From Tubiluchus corallicola (lineage: Eukaryota; Animalia; Priapulida): a stretch of DNA of 64,000 nucleotides. The DNA lies in the NCBI GenBank assembly GCA_030141605.1, contig JAQGDQ010000033.1, positions 737,214-801,213 on the forward strand. The letters are read 5' to 3'. A program made the translations under genes and the position numbers. Shown here one piece after another: positions 50,937 to 64,000 of the stretch. Within the stretch, counting starts at the first letter, position 1. The number at the start of each line of letters is the position of its first letter. The notes below the pieces were generated by a model. It saw only the letters and a list, made by a program, of their open reading frames with translations, made no database searches and was not told the DNA's origin.

Positions 50937-53900
50937 GTTGTAAACTTGGAAATTCAGTTATTTTCAAAAAATTTGCTAATCAAAATTTTAATTCTACAGT
51001 CGCATATCCTATTTAGTAAATGCTTGACTCTTATTGTAATTCATATTTAGGATAGTTGTACTAATTCCTGTTTACTTGCTTTTGTAACTGACATATAGGT
51101 AATGAAAACCTGTACTTTCTTATTCCAGTCATTATGCTGATAGAATTTTTTGTATTAACAAGCAACTTTGGTATAATGAAAACTGTGTTTGCAGATATTA
51201 TGAATTTTGAAATGTACCAAAGATTAAGTGCAGGCGTTGCTGATTCTGTTTAAAAATTTAATCATCAAAATATTAAAAATGGTGGTGTAGTAACAATGTC
51301 AAAAAACATTCTATTCCAAGTAATTTCAAGGTAATAACATTTCTGTTTTACTTTCATGTTTATTTGCAATCTTACAAATATCCATCTTAGTTTTATCATA
51401 AATATATATTCAACTTACAATAAATACATAGTTAGTATCGTTGGACGAACATGCAAATATAGATCTTTCAACCAGAGCCTGCTGTAAAGCACATTCCACA
51501 ATGTAATCTGCACAACAATAGGCAACTAGCCCATATAGTAATTATAGTCTATCCTTTTCATAACACGAATAGTTGGGTGAGTTCGGCATTGTAGCGAAGC
51601 GCTAAAGTACATACATGTCTATGCAGATATAGACATTTTGTTTTGCCAAAAAAAACTGGGAGTTAAGCGGAGTTGACGTTATAAAGAGAGCATTCTCATG
51701 AGGTTTGGCTCTAGTTTTATTTAGCCCAAGCGACATTAATGCTGGACATTTCTTTTTAGAGTTTTTACATAAGGTCGATAATTTCTTAGCAACCAATAAG
51801 ACTATGACATGGCAAAAAATATTTTCTAAAAGTTTAGAGAGTAGTGTACTTTATGTATTTTAAATGAACCTCAATGATTATTATAAAGATCATAAGTGTA
51901 ATTTGCAACATAATTTGTTACACTAAATTTGATTGTGCGAGGTAAATTTTGACATTTTTAATGTAAGACCTCAAAAAATAATCCAAATAAATGTTTTGTA
52001 TGTAGTCACTGTAATAGACAATGCATAAGCCATTTTACAAAATGATTTACGCATTGTAATTATACAAAAATGCTGCTAAACAGTACAACACAACATCTTT
52101 TCCTTGCCAGCAGCCAGAAATGATAATGGGCAATATTTCCGCAGTTACTGAAGTTGCCCAATTTTATAGTCATCGGTAAGATTGCTATTACATGTACTAC
52201 ATTATTTACCATTATTTATTATATTCCAAAATGTATTCTAATATTGTAGATGCTACCACTGTATTTGGCATAAGTTTACGCTGTAAATTGTACGGAAAAT
52301 GTAATAAAAAAACTGCACAAATTTTTGTTTATGTTACTTTTCTCAAACATAACTAATCATTTGCTACTTAATACATTTAAATATTATTAATATTTAACAG
52401 TAGTCAGGTGGAATGCAAATGACTACCATATATTTAACACAAAGTCATACTAAATCAATAAGCACCGTTTCATAAAATAAATCAACTAAAAATGCATGAA
52501 AAAATCACATTGTAGCAACGGCTTTTACACATGCGAATTGTCAAGCCCAGCAACGAAATAGAAAAATAACCCAATAGATGAAATTCTTAACTTTCCATAT
52601 TGGGGATGAATATGTAATGACACAACGAAGAAAATAGGACTGACTTCTTTGATAAACATAATTGACTGGCAAAAGTTTGAGGAGATCACACCTTACACAT
52701 GTTTAGTAAATGGCTAACATTGGATACGCTATGAAAACTCCTATTAGGTTGCATTAGAGAATAGAATAAACTGTAGTAATGTACGCCTTAGGAGCAGTTA
52801 AGTTTTATTTCTGCAAACATTTAAAAAACAACAGCTTCTCAAGATATTTTTCCTATCTTCTAATTCAATAATAAATGTCTATCTGACAAAGAAAATTAAA
52901 ACAACGCTTATCTCCTTGAGAATAATTGATTATACACAGGTTCTAATAAATAAGCATAAGTAACTTATAACATTACTTTTTTTAGATGCTGCATGCAAAA
53001 ATTAAAGCCTTTGCCAAATATCCTGAAAATACTAGCAAATTTTAATAGGAAGTTTCATTGCACTAATACCTAAACTGGATGCATCATTCGTAAAAATGTT
53101 AAATTTCGTACCCAAGATCTAGTTAGTATTTTGACATTTCCATCCATGCCCCACTGATTGTAACACGTGTTTCAGGCAAGGATGCCTTACATGCCTGACT
53201 GTTTAATTGATTGACATATCTCCCATTTTCTGGAAATATCTAGTAACAAGTGGTTTAATGGATCACCTTAACATATGGAATAAATACTTATTAAAATGTG
53301 CTTTATTATCTACAAAAGAAAAATAAATATTTAAAGCAATTTTTAATCAAATGGACTTACTAGGTTGCACTGTATAGTGGAACTGAAAAGCAAAAAAAAG
53401 CACATTTTCACAAAGTGGGACTTACTAGGTTCCTGTGTGTGGTCAAAAAAGATGTCTCCAATCAAACTACTGTTTAACCCTGTATGGGCACGGAAAAGAA
53501 TAATAACTACACTGGTATACCAAAAACAAAATTAAATAACTTTTTTCTATTTCCCAGTTAAAACAAAAAGAGAAAACACTGATTTGTGTTTCATGGGTGA
53601 CAGACACATATTACTTCAATGCCAGTAAGGAGTTAAATAGCTTGCCTAGCTGTTCATTTGCTTAGCTATTCGCCACCTCCGTGGGCTTATTATGTTCGTT
53701 TGAAAATTTCAATGAAAAATGGTGCTAGGCTTTTTAATTTGTCAATAACTCTATTAACAAAAACTTCAGATTATCTAATCGTTTGGTGGTAAGATACAGC
53801 GTGACACAAGGAATGCCCAGTTATCAATAACTCAATTTTACACAAAAAAATGGACTTGCTAGTTTTTTGTGTGAAAATGGGGGATAGGTTGACAGAACTT

Positions 53901-55158
53901 TTGTTAATAATGAATACAATGGCAGCAACACTTACTAGTCAATGGGTACCATGTTCCTAACACAATTTAACAGAGCAAAAAATCTAAATGAATGATTGTA
54001 ACTTGTCACAAGTTAATTAGTTGCGATGTATAAAACAAATCATTAGTTTCTGGATAACAATTAATTTTTATAAACAAAACAGCAAACAACTTATGCACAC
54101 AGCAGACAATTTATTTTTTATTTTATTACTTTATTTTACTCTGATGTTTTAGGATAAAGACTTAATTACATCTAAAACTGTTCAACCACGGATTTTATTC
54201 TCTGATGCTGAGCAGCAGTTTGTTTTGCTCATGTCAATGGTTAGGTTCCAAAGACAGAGAACCACTAAAGTTCAATAACGTTCATGAAATATGAGTGACT
54301 TCAAAAAACATGGCGGCCAATTAACGTTCGGAAATCAGAAATGTGGCTTAACAAAACTCATTTACATTTAACGTTTGACAGCACTTGAATAACTGTGATA
54401 TAAGTGCCAATAAACGTTTTTTCCGGGTTAGTGCTAGTTTTACATCCATCGAAATGCAGTGGCAAGCAATTTGTTCGTACATGTAAGCCTGCATTTCTTT
54501 TATTGTTAGCCTTCAATTCCCTTATAAGCAATTTACAACAGCATGGCTTAAATGATCTAGCTTCCTTATAACATTAACTCTTAGCTAGCTTGTCAGCTTT
54601 GCACACGACTAGACAATAATACAAAATTCATGTTACATCAATATAGTTTTACATCACTCCAAGCAGATGACACCGTTTTACAATGGCCGAAAAGACTGCT
54701 TAGTATTTACGTTGCTGCAGCATCAACTCTCACAGCTAGATACATTGTTTACATCAGTGCCAGTAATGCCTGTACAAAAATAAACAAAAGTTGTCACCAC
54801 AGTAGGAAAAAATGTTAACCCACAGATCAAGAAAACCATACAGCTAAATCATATTTTAGTACTGTATTTATAAAATACACTTCATTTTTTTATTAAGTGG
54901 CAATTATGCACGTTTTGATTAAACAGAGTTTACCATGACAGTCTGCAATTATGCTTATTCTTATGGTAATATTAATATTTGTACACATAAAACTACGTTA
55001 TCTAATAAAATACAGGCTACTTCATAAGTCACCCAATAATTTGATCTTTAATTATTTGTTGCTGCTAATCGACTAATGACGTTCATCTTGCAGTAAACTC
55101 TTACTAATCAGATGAGAATCTTTTAGCGCTACATTTAAGTCTACAGTTAAGTTTTGTG

Positions 55159-58100
55159 CTATTTTCTTCTGCTAGCACGTTGATCTAGAACAGAGGTTAA
55201 AATCACATGGGTTACTCACCGGATCACATACCATGCAACGTCTTTTTGTGGGGTTACATTAAGAACAATCCAGAAAGCCACCAAGCTGAAAGACCTCCAC
55301 AAAACTACTAGACAACAATGCGTAAAAAGGTAGTTTGGCTTGTTACAAAAAGTGCTGTTCACATTCAGGTCAACTAATGACTTTCTAGTAGACTTATGAA
55401 GCCAAATTTGATGCCACTAAAATTTTCATGAATTTTGTAGAGACAGTAGTCAACAAAAGGAAATTGATGCTTTTCAAAGACGTCTCTACAGAAAATTATT
55501 AGGTATTAAATACCCTGAGAGAATATCCAACGATGATCTGCACGATGTGGTGGAAAAGAGCCCATGAAGTACATAAATCCAAGTAAGAAGACTGCATTGG
55601 ATAGGACATGTACTTAGACTACCTCAAGAATCTCCTCTTCATATAACATTATGCAAAGCTCTTGAAACAACAAAAAAGCAGAAACTGACTCAGCTACTAG
55701 GGTGCACAGATATACTGCAAAAAGTTTTAGCAAACAGAGCTCTAGATTTGAGGAATGATGCATCGTGGGCAGTCAGATAGTGGCAGATTGAAGTGCCTGT
55801 TATCAACAGGTGGTGTGTGCCACATTTTAGACATGTATGACAACACGAAACGACAAGCCAAATTGCCTAGTGATTCCTTTTGCAACTGCTATATTAGCTA
55901 ACTTTTAAAAATAATGAGGGTCTTACAAAACACCCAGTGCAATCTAAATTATGAAAATGAAAAACTAAAACTGAAATTTACCACTCTGTTGCCCAAACAG
56001 CGTGTCGGTTTTCCCATTATTGGATAGCTTTAAAAGTATCTCATCCAGTTCTTTTTCAAAATCAGATGCTGATTCTAAAAAAAGTAAGCATCACTCACTA
56101 AAAACGAAAATCAAGTAGTGCAACTAAAAACTGAAAATACAAAAGCAACTAAGCAACATTTGTGACTTATTTTGACTAACTTCACACTGCAATCTTCACA
56201 CATTAAACTTGTCTATTACAATACTTGCTCATGGTTTATGAATGATATGTGCCTTATGCCTCTTTAACTTCAAATGCAATATACAATTAAAGAATAAAAT
56301 ATTTAGCACACAACCCCATGAAATTACCATCACGCAATTTGATGAGTCTTTCCTATATTCTTTCCTCCGACTTCCATTAAACTTTCTTTCACTTATTTAC
56401 TTACTCATGCACAGAGTTTTCTAGCCATTTCACAAAATCTTCACAGGGTCCAATCTAGGAGAATTTCCCCAAGGGAATTAAAATAGTATTTAAACGGTGG
56501 CACATTTTTTAGGGCAATTTAGATTCAATCTTTGCTTTTATTATGTTAAAAAACTCTGAACTTACATAAATTTTATATTACTTTCAGACTAAAAATATGC
56601 ACTCATGCCAGTGAAAGATAAGAAAACTAGAGAATCAATTTTGCATTTTCCCGAAAACAGCTTTACCTGCATCTGGATCGTACAGCAACGTGGAATCAAC
56701 GAGAGTCCTGCGTTGGGAAAATAAACCAACATCAACGTCATCATCCAAGTTCTTGCTTAAATCAACACCCTGTGTCCACACAGGAGATGACGATGCTCGT
56801 TCTGGACTGTCCTGGACCGTCCCACTTTTAAGAAAGTCGCTGGACGTTGTTGATACTGCACTACTTTTAGTATCCATAACAGAATCAACAAACACTCTAT
56901 GGCTGGAAGAAGTCACTACAGTTCTACAAATACTAGGAGGAAGAACACTAGTAGATAAATCACAGACAGTATCACCAGTTACTGTTTTACCTACAGATTT
57001 GCTATAACTAACATCAGATAAAGCAGTGTCACTAGATGAGCTGCTACGCTTGCTCAGTTTGTTCCATTTAGAACCGAATGTCACATCTTTGGTAAGTTCA
57101 TCAATGTGAACAATGCGTGCGTCTACACTATCTGACTCTTTATTGTACTTAAACACAATATTTTCTAAACTGCTGCTAGTTTTCATTTCACTGTCACCAC
57201 TGCCTTCATCTTTGGTGTTGGCTCGTTTAGGTATCAGTGGCTGCAGGTTTTCTATCACTCGATTAACTATAAATCTACTTTTTGAAGCTATAGTTTTTGG
57301 TGGGGTTGATGCGACTGATGACAGCGGTGTTGCATTTTTCAATATACTAACAGGTTTTACACTAGATTTCTCCTTTTCTTTTTGGAATGTTGGTGCACTA
57401 GTAACTGCGGGAGAACAAGTTGCACGAGAAACTGTAACACAACCTGTAGTTCGTACTAAATCATTTTTCCTTAATATAGGCGAGACAGATTTCACACTAT
57501 CACCAGCTGCCAACGATAAATCAACAACATTTGGAAAAGGTAACGTGTTTGACAAAAAGAAGCTACCTTCATCATCTTTTGCCTCATTTTGGAAAACATT
57601 AGGGGGCTGCAGAATCGGTAATGCTTCGCTAACGACCAGTTCTAGCATAGGCGATCTTGAGCTTAGACCAGGTGGCCGAGGTAATGCCAATAAGTCAAGC
57701 TGGAGATCTTCTCTAGGAGAAACTGGTTCCAGGTTTTCTACATCTTCCTTCACTGTGCCACGTTGCTGTTCATCAGTCGTGATTTCTTCTTCCTTTTCTT
57801 CCTTTTCTTTCATTTCAGCAAGTTCCAGTTGATGCTCTGCATTGCGCTTGCAGAAACGAGATATATCTTCTTGTAGCTGCTTATTTTGAATTGCATAGTC
57901 TTTAATCTAGAAAATATTTAAAATTATTACTCAAGAATAAATCTCACATATCAGTTACTACTAGTCAATTAATTAATAATTAATATATTTTGTAATAAAA
58001 ATGCAATGTGATTTGCAGTATGCACCGCTGGGTACGAAGAGAAATCCTAAGACATTTTTTCACATTTAAGTAATCACTGACATTCATACTTCGTATTTGC

Positions 58101-61100
58101 ATAACGCAGTATTTACATATACAGGAAATGACTGCCCCGCTAGTAGCAAGTAGATATAAACATATTTTTTAATATTTCAGTCACTATACTGTCCAGTGGT
58201 ATGGAGGAAGGGTAATCATTTCCTGACACACCTTGTTTTAGTGCATCATAGAATAAATTTGCTGATTAATGAAGCTAACAGTAAACATTGAATAAACAAA
58301 TGGTGAACATAGAATCTACATTCAATCCACTAAACATTCTTTTTTTCCCATGTATTGGAAAATGGAAAGAACCAGTAAATATTCTTAAGATTTTCATTCA
58401 TCTTTTAATAACTATTCCAGCTGATTTCGATTTATTTAGTTTTTAATTAGTGATGTAATTAATTAGGAATGGGGTTTTAAGACCAAGAGAAACAAGTTTG
58501 ACAATTGACATTTCTAAGTGTAAAAAATTTCAGCTCACATTTTCTTTCTTTGGTTCTTTGTCTAGATCTATTCTAGTTATACTTTTGTTGACCTTAGCAG
58601 ACAGAGATAATGCCATCAAGCCACCTATTTTGATTTCATTTTCTCTCAAATCAATTCTTTCCAAGCGAATGTTATCAGCAATGTACTCTGCTAAAGCTAC
58701 AGCACCTAAAATACAAACAATTGCAATAGTAACGACATTTGCCAATAAATGAGAAATATAATGACATGGTTACATAAACACTAACTTGGTTTACATTTTG
58801 CCAGAAATAATACACAATATCTAAAGCAGTTAATGCTATACAAGCCACAAAACTACGTCAAGATTATCATTATACTGCCAACAAAGAGAAACATGTGCAG
58901 AAAATAATAGAACCTCACTGGAAAGGTTATATATATATATAGACAAACTTTGTTAACTGTTACAACACTTATCATCATAATACAATCAACTGCCAGGCAG
59001 TTTATTAAAATAAAATGTACTATAGGGTATTATAAGGTACATGTACCAAAGTTATAACAATATCTACAATCATTGGGACCATTGTGAAAATAAGGAAGTT
59101 TTATTTCTGATACAGCAATACAAATGTTTTCCTTTGCTGGTACCGCGAGATAAGGACATACAATGTGTATAAAAGTACAGCATTACCTTCACATGTAATC
59201 TTTATACATTGCAATCCTAAACGGAGTAATGACTTGTTCAATATTAAAAATCCTTTGAGCTGGTGTATTCCTTCATTGGTAATGTTGTTATGGCCAAGAT
59301 TTAGTGTATGAATGTGTTTTGTGTTGGCCTATAAAAACATTAAATAGAAAACCAATAAATTTGTTTTATATTTAAAAGAAAGTTCCATGCCAGGTAACTA
59401 CTGGAAAATGAAAAATAGTGAAAGCATGCTATTTGCTAACTTTTGCTGTACGCTTACTTTGCATCAGACGCACATAATTAGAAGCTAGAAATGATATCAA
59501 ATGGTTTAAAAATGGATTTGAAATAGAAGCCCTTAGCCCGAAGGCTTGGCCACTATATTTATAATGCTGGCGGTATACTTCAGTGCTAAATTTAATTCCA
59601 TTGTTTATGCCTGGAAAAATTTTGCTTAAAAAAACTAACAATATCCGACTTTCTTTAAAATTAACTTAAGTATTAATTTTTATATTGAAATTATCAAGTT
59701 TTTTTATTGTAAAGGTGAATTATATCACGTAATAAGAAATTAGCAAAAAGAAAGCAAGAATTGTTTTACAGGGATATAAGTATCGGTGTTCAAAATAACA
59801 TATGATCAATTAAAATATATAGTTTGAACAGAATTCTATGTATGAATTTTTAAATATTATAATTGCCAAATTAAGCATTACCAGTGTGTTTCCAAGTTGT
59901 GCCATTGCCACAAATGTGATCTGGTTATTCCAGAGTACTAATGTGTCGAGTCCTGTATCTTTTACCTGCTCTGATATGCCATCACATAAATGCGAGAGAC
60001 CTGCATCCTGTATTTAAATTCGCATTTAGTTATGTACAATGTAACCAAGTTTATTACATATGTAATTATCTTCAAAATTTTTAAAGCAATTGTTGAGAAA
60101 GATTATAAAAAGTAGAAAGGACAGGAACAGCTAATTTTCACATGACAGATCAACTAGATTAAGAAATTCAATTAAGTTCTGTTACTACATTTAGTTTTTC
60201 ATAAAAGTTAAACAGGAAACAAGCAATACACAAGCAACTCCTTATTTCTTGAATAAGCTTAATAAGAATAATTATTATTTTTATTATTTTTTTCTGAGCT
60301 ACTAATGCAAACGGGATCATGAGATTCATATCAAATACGATAACAGATTTAAAAGACAGGACTCTTAAATTTTAAGACTCATTTCTCCTAATGTTCAATT
60401 ATTTAATAGCACATACAATAGGCATACTGCCAAGCCACAGAAACAGGTTTACTATTAGAACAAAGTGTAGTCATATTCGTGATCAAAAAAAACTTTTGAG
60501 ATTATCAAATCTCATTACAATTTTTGTAAACTTCAATTGTGACACTGCTCATCTTTTTTATAAGTTTAACAATTTGCAATGTGTACATGTGCACAAGGTT
60601 CACAATGCTAGTCTCATTGCAATGAGAAAAATAAGAAAGGATGTCACAAATCAATACGCGGTTCAATTTTTCTGCACGGAAAATTCTAGTTTTCTGATAA
60701 TAACCAGTGCCAATACAGTGCTGAAACGTTTGTGATAAATTTATATAGCAATGACATGTATCATAATGCTGCCATAATTTCTTTGAAGGTTCATCTCGAG
60801 GGACCATGTATAAGGGGTCCCAATTGCACTGCTCTTGTTAAAGTACACCATTATCAATAAAAGAACTCAAGTTCGTTTACTCTGCAGAGGTCACCTGATC
60901 TGATGGAGTCAAAAGAAATAGTGCTATTGTCTAGCATCTACTACAACAGGCAAACACTCAAAGAATAGTAACACTCAAAACTGTCAGTTCCATAACAAAA
61001 GTGCTAAGTTATGAGTGTGAGTTTAAAATGGCTTATTCTTTTGTTGACAATACATGAACTGAAGGTGTTTTCAAGGATGTTTTATGCCGGCAAGTGGCAC

Positions 61101-62813
61101 TAGCCAATATTACCAATCACACAAACCTGAAATGTCATTATAATAGCACTTTTTACGTAAAGTTGTATTTCTTTTCATAACAGAAATTTTTTAAGTTACT
61201 AACTCAAAACTCAAAAGCTTCCATCTGCTTGAGATTGGGTCTTACATGCTTCGAGAAAGTTCACTGTGTTACTTATACCTGTAAGCAGTTGTTTCTGAGA
61301 TCGAGAAGCTTGAGAGTATGATTTATACGCAACATGCTGCCAAGTTGAATGCCATCTAGTGGCGATAATTTGTTATCGGACAGAAACAGTTCTTTCAGGC
61401 TCTGGTTCTGCTTCAGAGCTGCAACTGCAACATTAAAGACAAAGTTGTGATAAAAGTAAAATTTACAGTACTGATCTGAAACTAGTGAGTGTTCCCGAAA
61501 AAACACTTGCACAAAACTGGATTTATTACTATATTAAAATTCTTATTATAACAAGTAAAGCATCCACGTTCATGTAACTGATGTTAATTAATACACTGGC
61601 AAGTTAAAAAGACCATGATGCAGCAGAAAATAATCAATTGTGTAAAAATAAAATGTGACTTAAAACTACACTGTAATTGTTTAGCCTGCTTCGGGTTTTC
61701 TTAAAATGAATCCATAATACTTTGTAGCCCATTTCTTCTCTCCTAAGTGCTAGTGAATTTTCATCAGATGATTGAAAGTGGAGTTGAGAAAATACTAATC
61801 AGGAGAGACACTGTGTGCGCTCAACATAATTTTAATAAGGTTGCTATTACACCTACATTTAATTGAACCTCTTACAGCCTGGTTTCCTCTCAGGGTTTGT
61901 TCTTGGTTTTTATGAAGTAGTGTACACTGTATATGTTGTGCAAAAACACTGTTTATTTAAGGGACAGAACTCACACTTACACATTTAAATTTATATGCAT
62001 TCATCCAAACACACAGGCATGCACACATATGCAGGATCTTGATAGACTGTTAAGTTCTGTCTATAATACTCTAGAGAAACAAGCCACTATTGCTAAAAGG
62101 CAAATATGAACTCTTAGACATATATGCTGCTAATAATGCACTGTGTATGATATCAGTAATAATCACAGTTTATCGTTGTCCTATAAATTGAGTGGACAGT
62201 ACTGTGAGCGACACTGTGATACTGCATGATACGGTAACTATTACATGTGATTGTGGTTGCAGCCTTGAGTAAAAAGGCAAATTTGTGCCATCAAAAGTTG
62301 CAAAAAGTTCAGCCAAATGGAAAAGGAGTTCGATCTACCAGGTGTTCACTTAATTCTTTGGCAACTTAATATGTACTGTACAAAATGCAACAATTTCCAC
62401 AAATAACCCATCACCCATCACAACAGCAAACAGCTATTGGTGATACAGAACAGTTTTCTAATGAAAGAATGGTGCACAGCTATTGAAATTTAGTTAGCGA
62501 AAACATTTTACACTAAGCTGCCAGAAATAAAAAACAGAACAAACGTTCAAAAATCCAAGTTTTTTCTTAAATATTTTACATTGTAATTTGGCTGCTTCTT
62601 TTGCACGTAAATTGAGCTAAACATATTTCAAATTAAACAAATCTGGTAATTACTGGACATACCTAGAATCATGAGCGGTTTTCCTGAAAGATTGCATGCC
62701 TCCATATGTAAAATTTGGAGTCCATTATTTATCCGTAAAGTTCGACCTAACATTGGTAGACTCTGTTCATTTAGCGAACAGCATCGTGTGTCCAAATACT
62801 CTACACATGGTGT
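55159..62813 (-). CDS. PPP1R37: Protein phosphatase 1 regulatory subunit 37-like (LRRC68) RNI-type LRR protein; 5' part lies beyond the window
   Basis: Phase-consistent exons 62663-62813, 61279-61424, 59882-60007, 59187-59328, 58539-58705, 56667-57906, 55982-56074, 55159-55184. Translation includes LHMEACNLSGKPLMILVAALKQNQSLKELFLSDNKLSPLDGIQLGSMLR..LDLRNNCLQDAGLSHLCDG..LVLWNNQIT..LNLGHNNITNEG..ITCEGAVALAEYIAD..IDLRENEIKIGGLMALSLSAKVNKSITRIDLDKEPKKE, then a long S/T/P-rich tail and SASDFEKELDEIL. Confidence 0.9.
55440..55710 (+). mobile_element. RTE-clade LINE fragment in the last intron of the PPP1R37-like gene
   Basis: KEIDAFQRRLYRKLLGIKYPERISNDDL..IQVRRLHWIGHVLRLP with stops; typical RTE ORF C-terminal region. 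Confidence 0.8.
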
Positions 62814-64000
62814 CTGAAACAGCAGCAAATCGCTGAAAAGCAGTGTGTTACATTGTTTTCATGCCTAACATTCTACTAAAGAATTATCTGACTAAAAAGT
62901 ATCAGGACAACACCAAAATTAATTAGAAAAACCTGGTGCAGAATATCAATTCTATACACGTTTTAGTGCAGCAGAATAATCTGATGACAGCCTTCTATTT
63001 TACATTAGCATCATAATTTTATAAAATGCTGACAAAATCTACTGCTACACCAATGAAAACATTATAGTCATACAAAATTTTCATTTCATTTTTTAAGTGA
63101 TTTGCTAATTTGTTCACAACAACTTAATATCATTCATATTAGATAAATTCAAATATGCGCAAAAGTTAAACATAGAAAAAATCTCAATTGTCGTGAAGGC
63201 TAATCTTCTGCCAGAGCACAGCCTAATCAAGTTCTAAAGCAATTTTCAAAGGCAATGTCGAGGCTGCCAAAGTTCACAAATCATAGCTAATTATTGTTTG
63301 TCAGGAACGCAAGCACTTTGCTGCTCAGATCTAATGACTTAGAGTAGAGTCTATTATTGATTGCTTGGCTTGCTCTGAAATTTCTGCAGTTTCTTTCACC
63401 CATTCACAATCCAATTTCAACATCAACATTATAGCTTAAGAGAAGAAAAGAGTTGCAAAATGACGAGATTTAGGAAAAATAAGAACACTATGCATCACAG
63501 TAAAAACTACATTTTAGTACTGCAAACATTGCCATCTAAAAAAGTATTCAGCAACCTAGCATATTTATTAGCAAATGCTTACAAATAGCTAGGTAAGAAC
63601 AATAACTATCTCCACATCTTCTCTCATGAGCAGGCCATATGACCAAGTAAATGACAGGGCAGCTCTAAAACTATTTGATGAACTATTGCAAAAAATTTGA
63701 CTGCAAATTTTCCAAGGTCTAACCTAATTCTAATGATTTAGTTGAGTATTATGCAGCTTTTTCTATTTACATTGATGTCCTCATCTTCTGATGGATATTT
63801 TTTAGGAACCAACATCAACAATTTGCTTGTTGTACACAGAATTCGTTTCTCCATTTCTGAAGGAAGATCATTTACTTTTATGATCCTCACTGATGAAACA
63901 ATTTAGTAATTCATATTAGGCATATCTCTAATGATTTCTGTGGCAACTCACTTAAATTTTCATTTAGCTTTCACAGTCCAAATATTTTTTGTAGCAGAGC

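Noticed and set aside
53474-53637. Possible TTAA-flanked piggyBac-like MITE (TTAACCCTG..GGAGTTAA)
   Set aside because: Inverted repeats too short and mismatched to support a call.
56690-57832. Plus-strand ORFs of 105 and 239 aa
   Set aside because: Antisense shadows of the large PPP1R37-like exon.

Overview
AT-rich metazoan (invertebrate-like) genomic DNA with GT-AG introns; no prokaryotic features. Manual splicing of the minus strand gives one phase-consistent 31-exon model from 41293 to 3388 (about 1001 aa). It reads N to C: CFAP97/Hemingway-like motif, charged low-complexity region, two IQ motifs, a four-repeat annexin core, a 31-nt linker exon and a second four-repeat annexin core. Most annexin GxGT Ca2+ loops are degenerate. 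An intronless ZP-domain (cuticlin-like) gene lies antisense in the 11.7-kb gap between the two cores. To the right are a BAF/BANF1 gene (+, 49157-49544) preceded by a decayed CR1-group LINE, and the 3' part of a PPP1R37/LRRC68-like LRR gene (-, 55159 to beyond the window). Introns and intergenic DNA carry L2/CR1/RTE LINE fragments, tRNA-derived SINEs, MITEs, a 35/36-bp minisatellite and microsatellites. All gene models were spliced and identified by eye, without database searches or transcript data.
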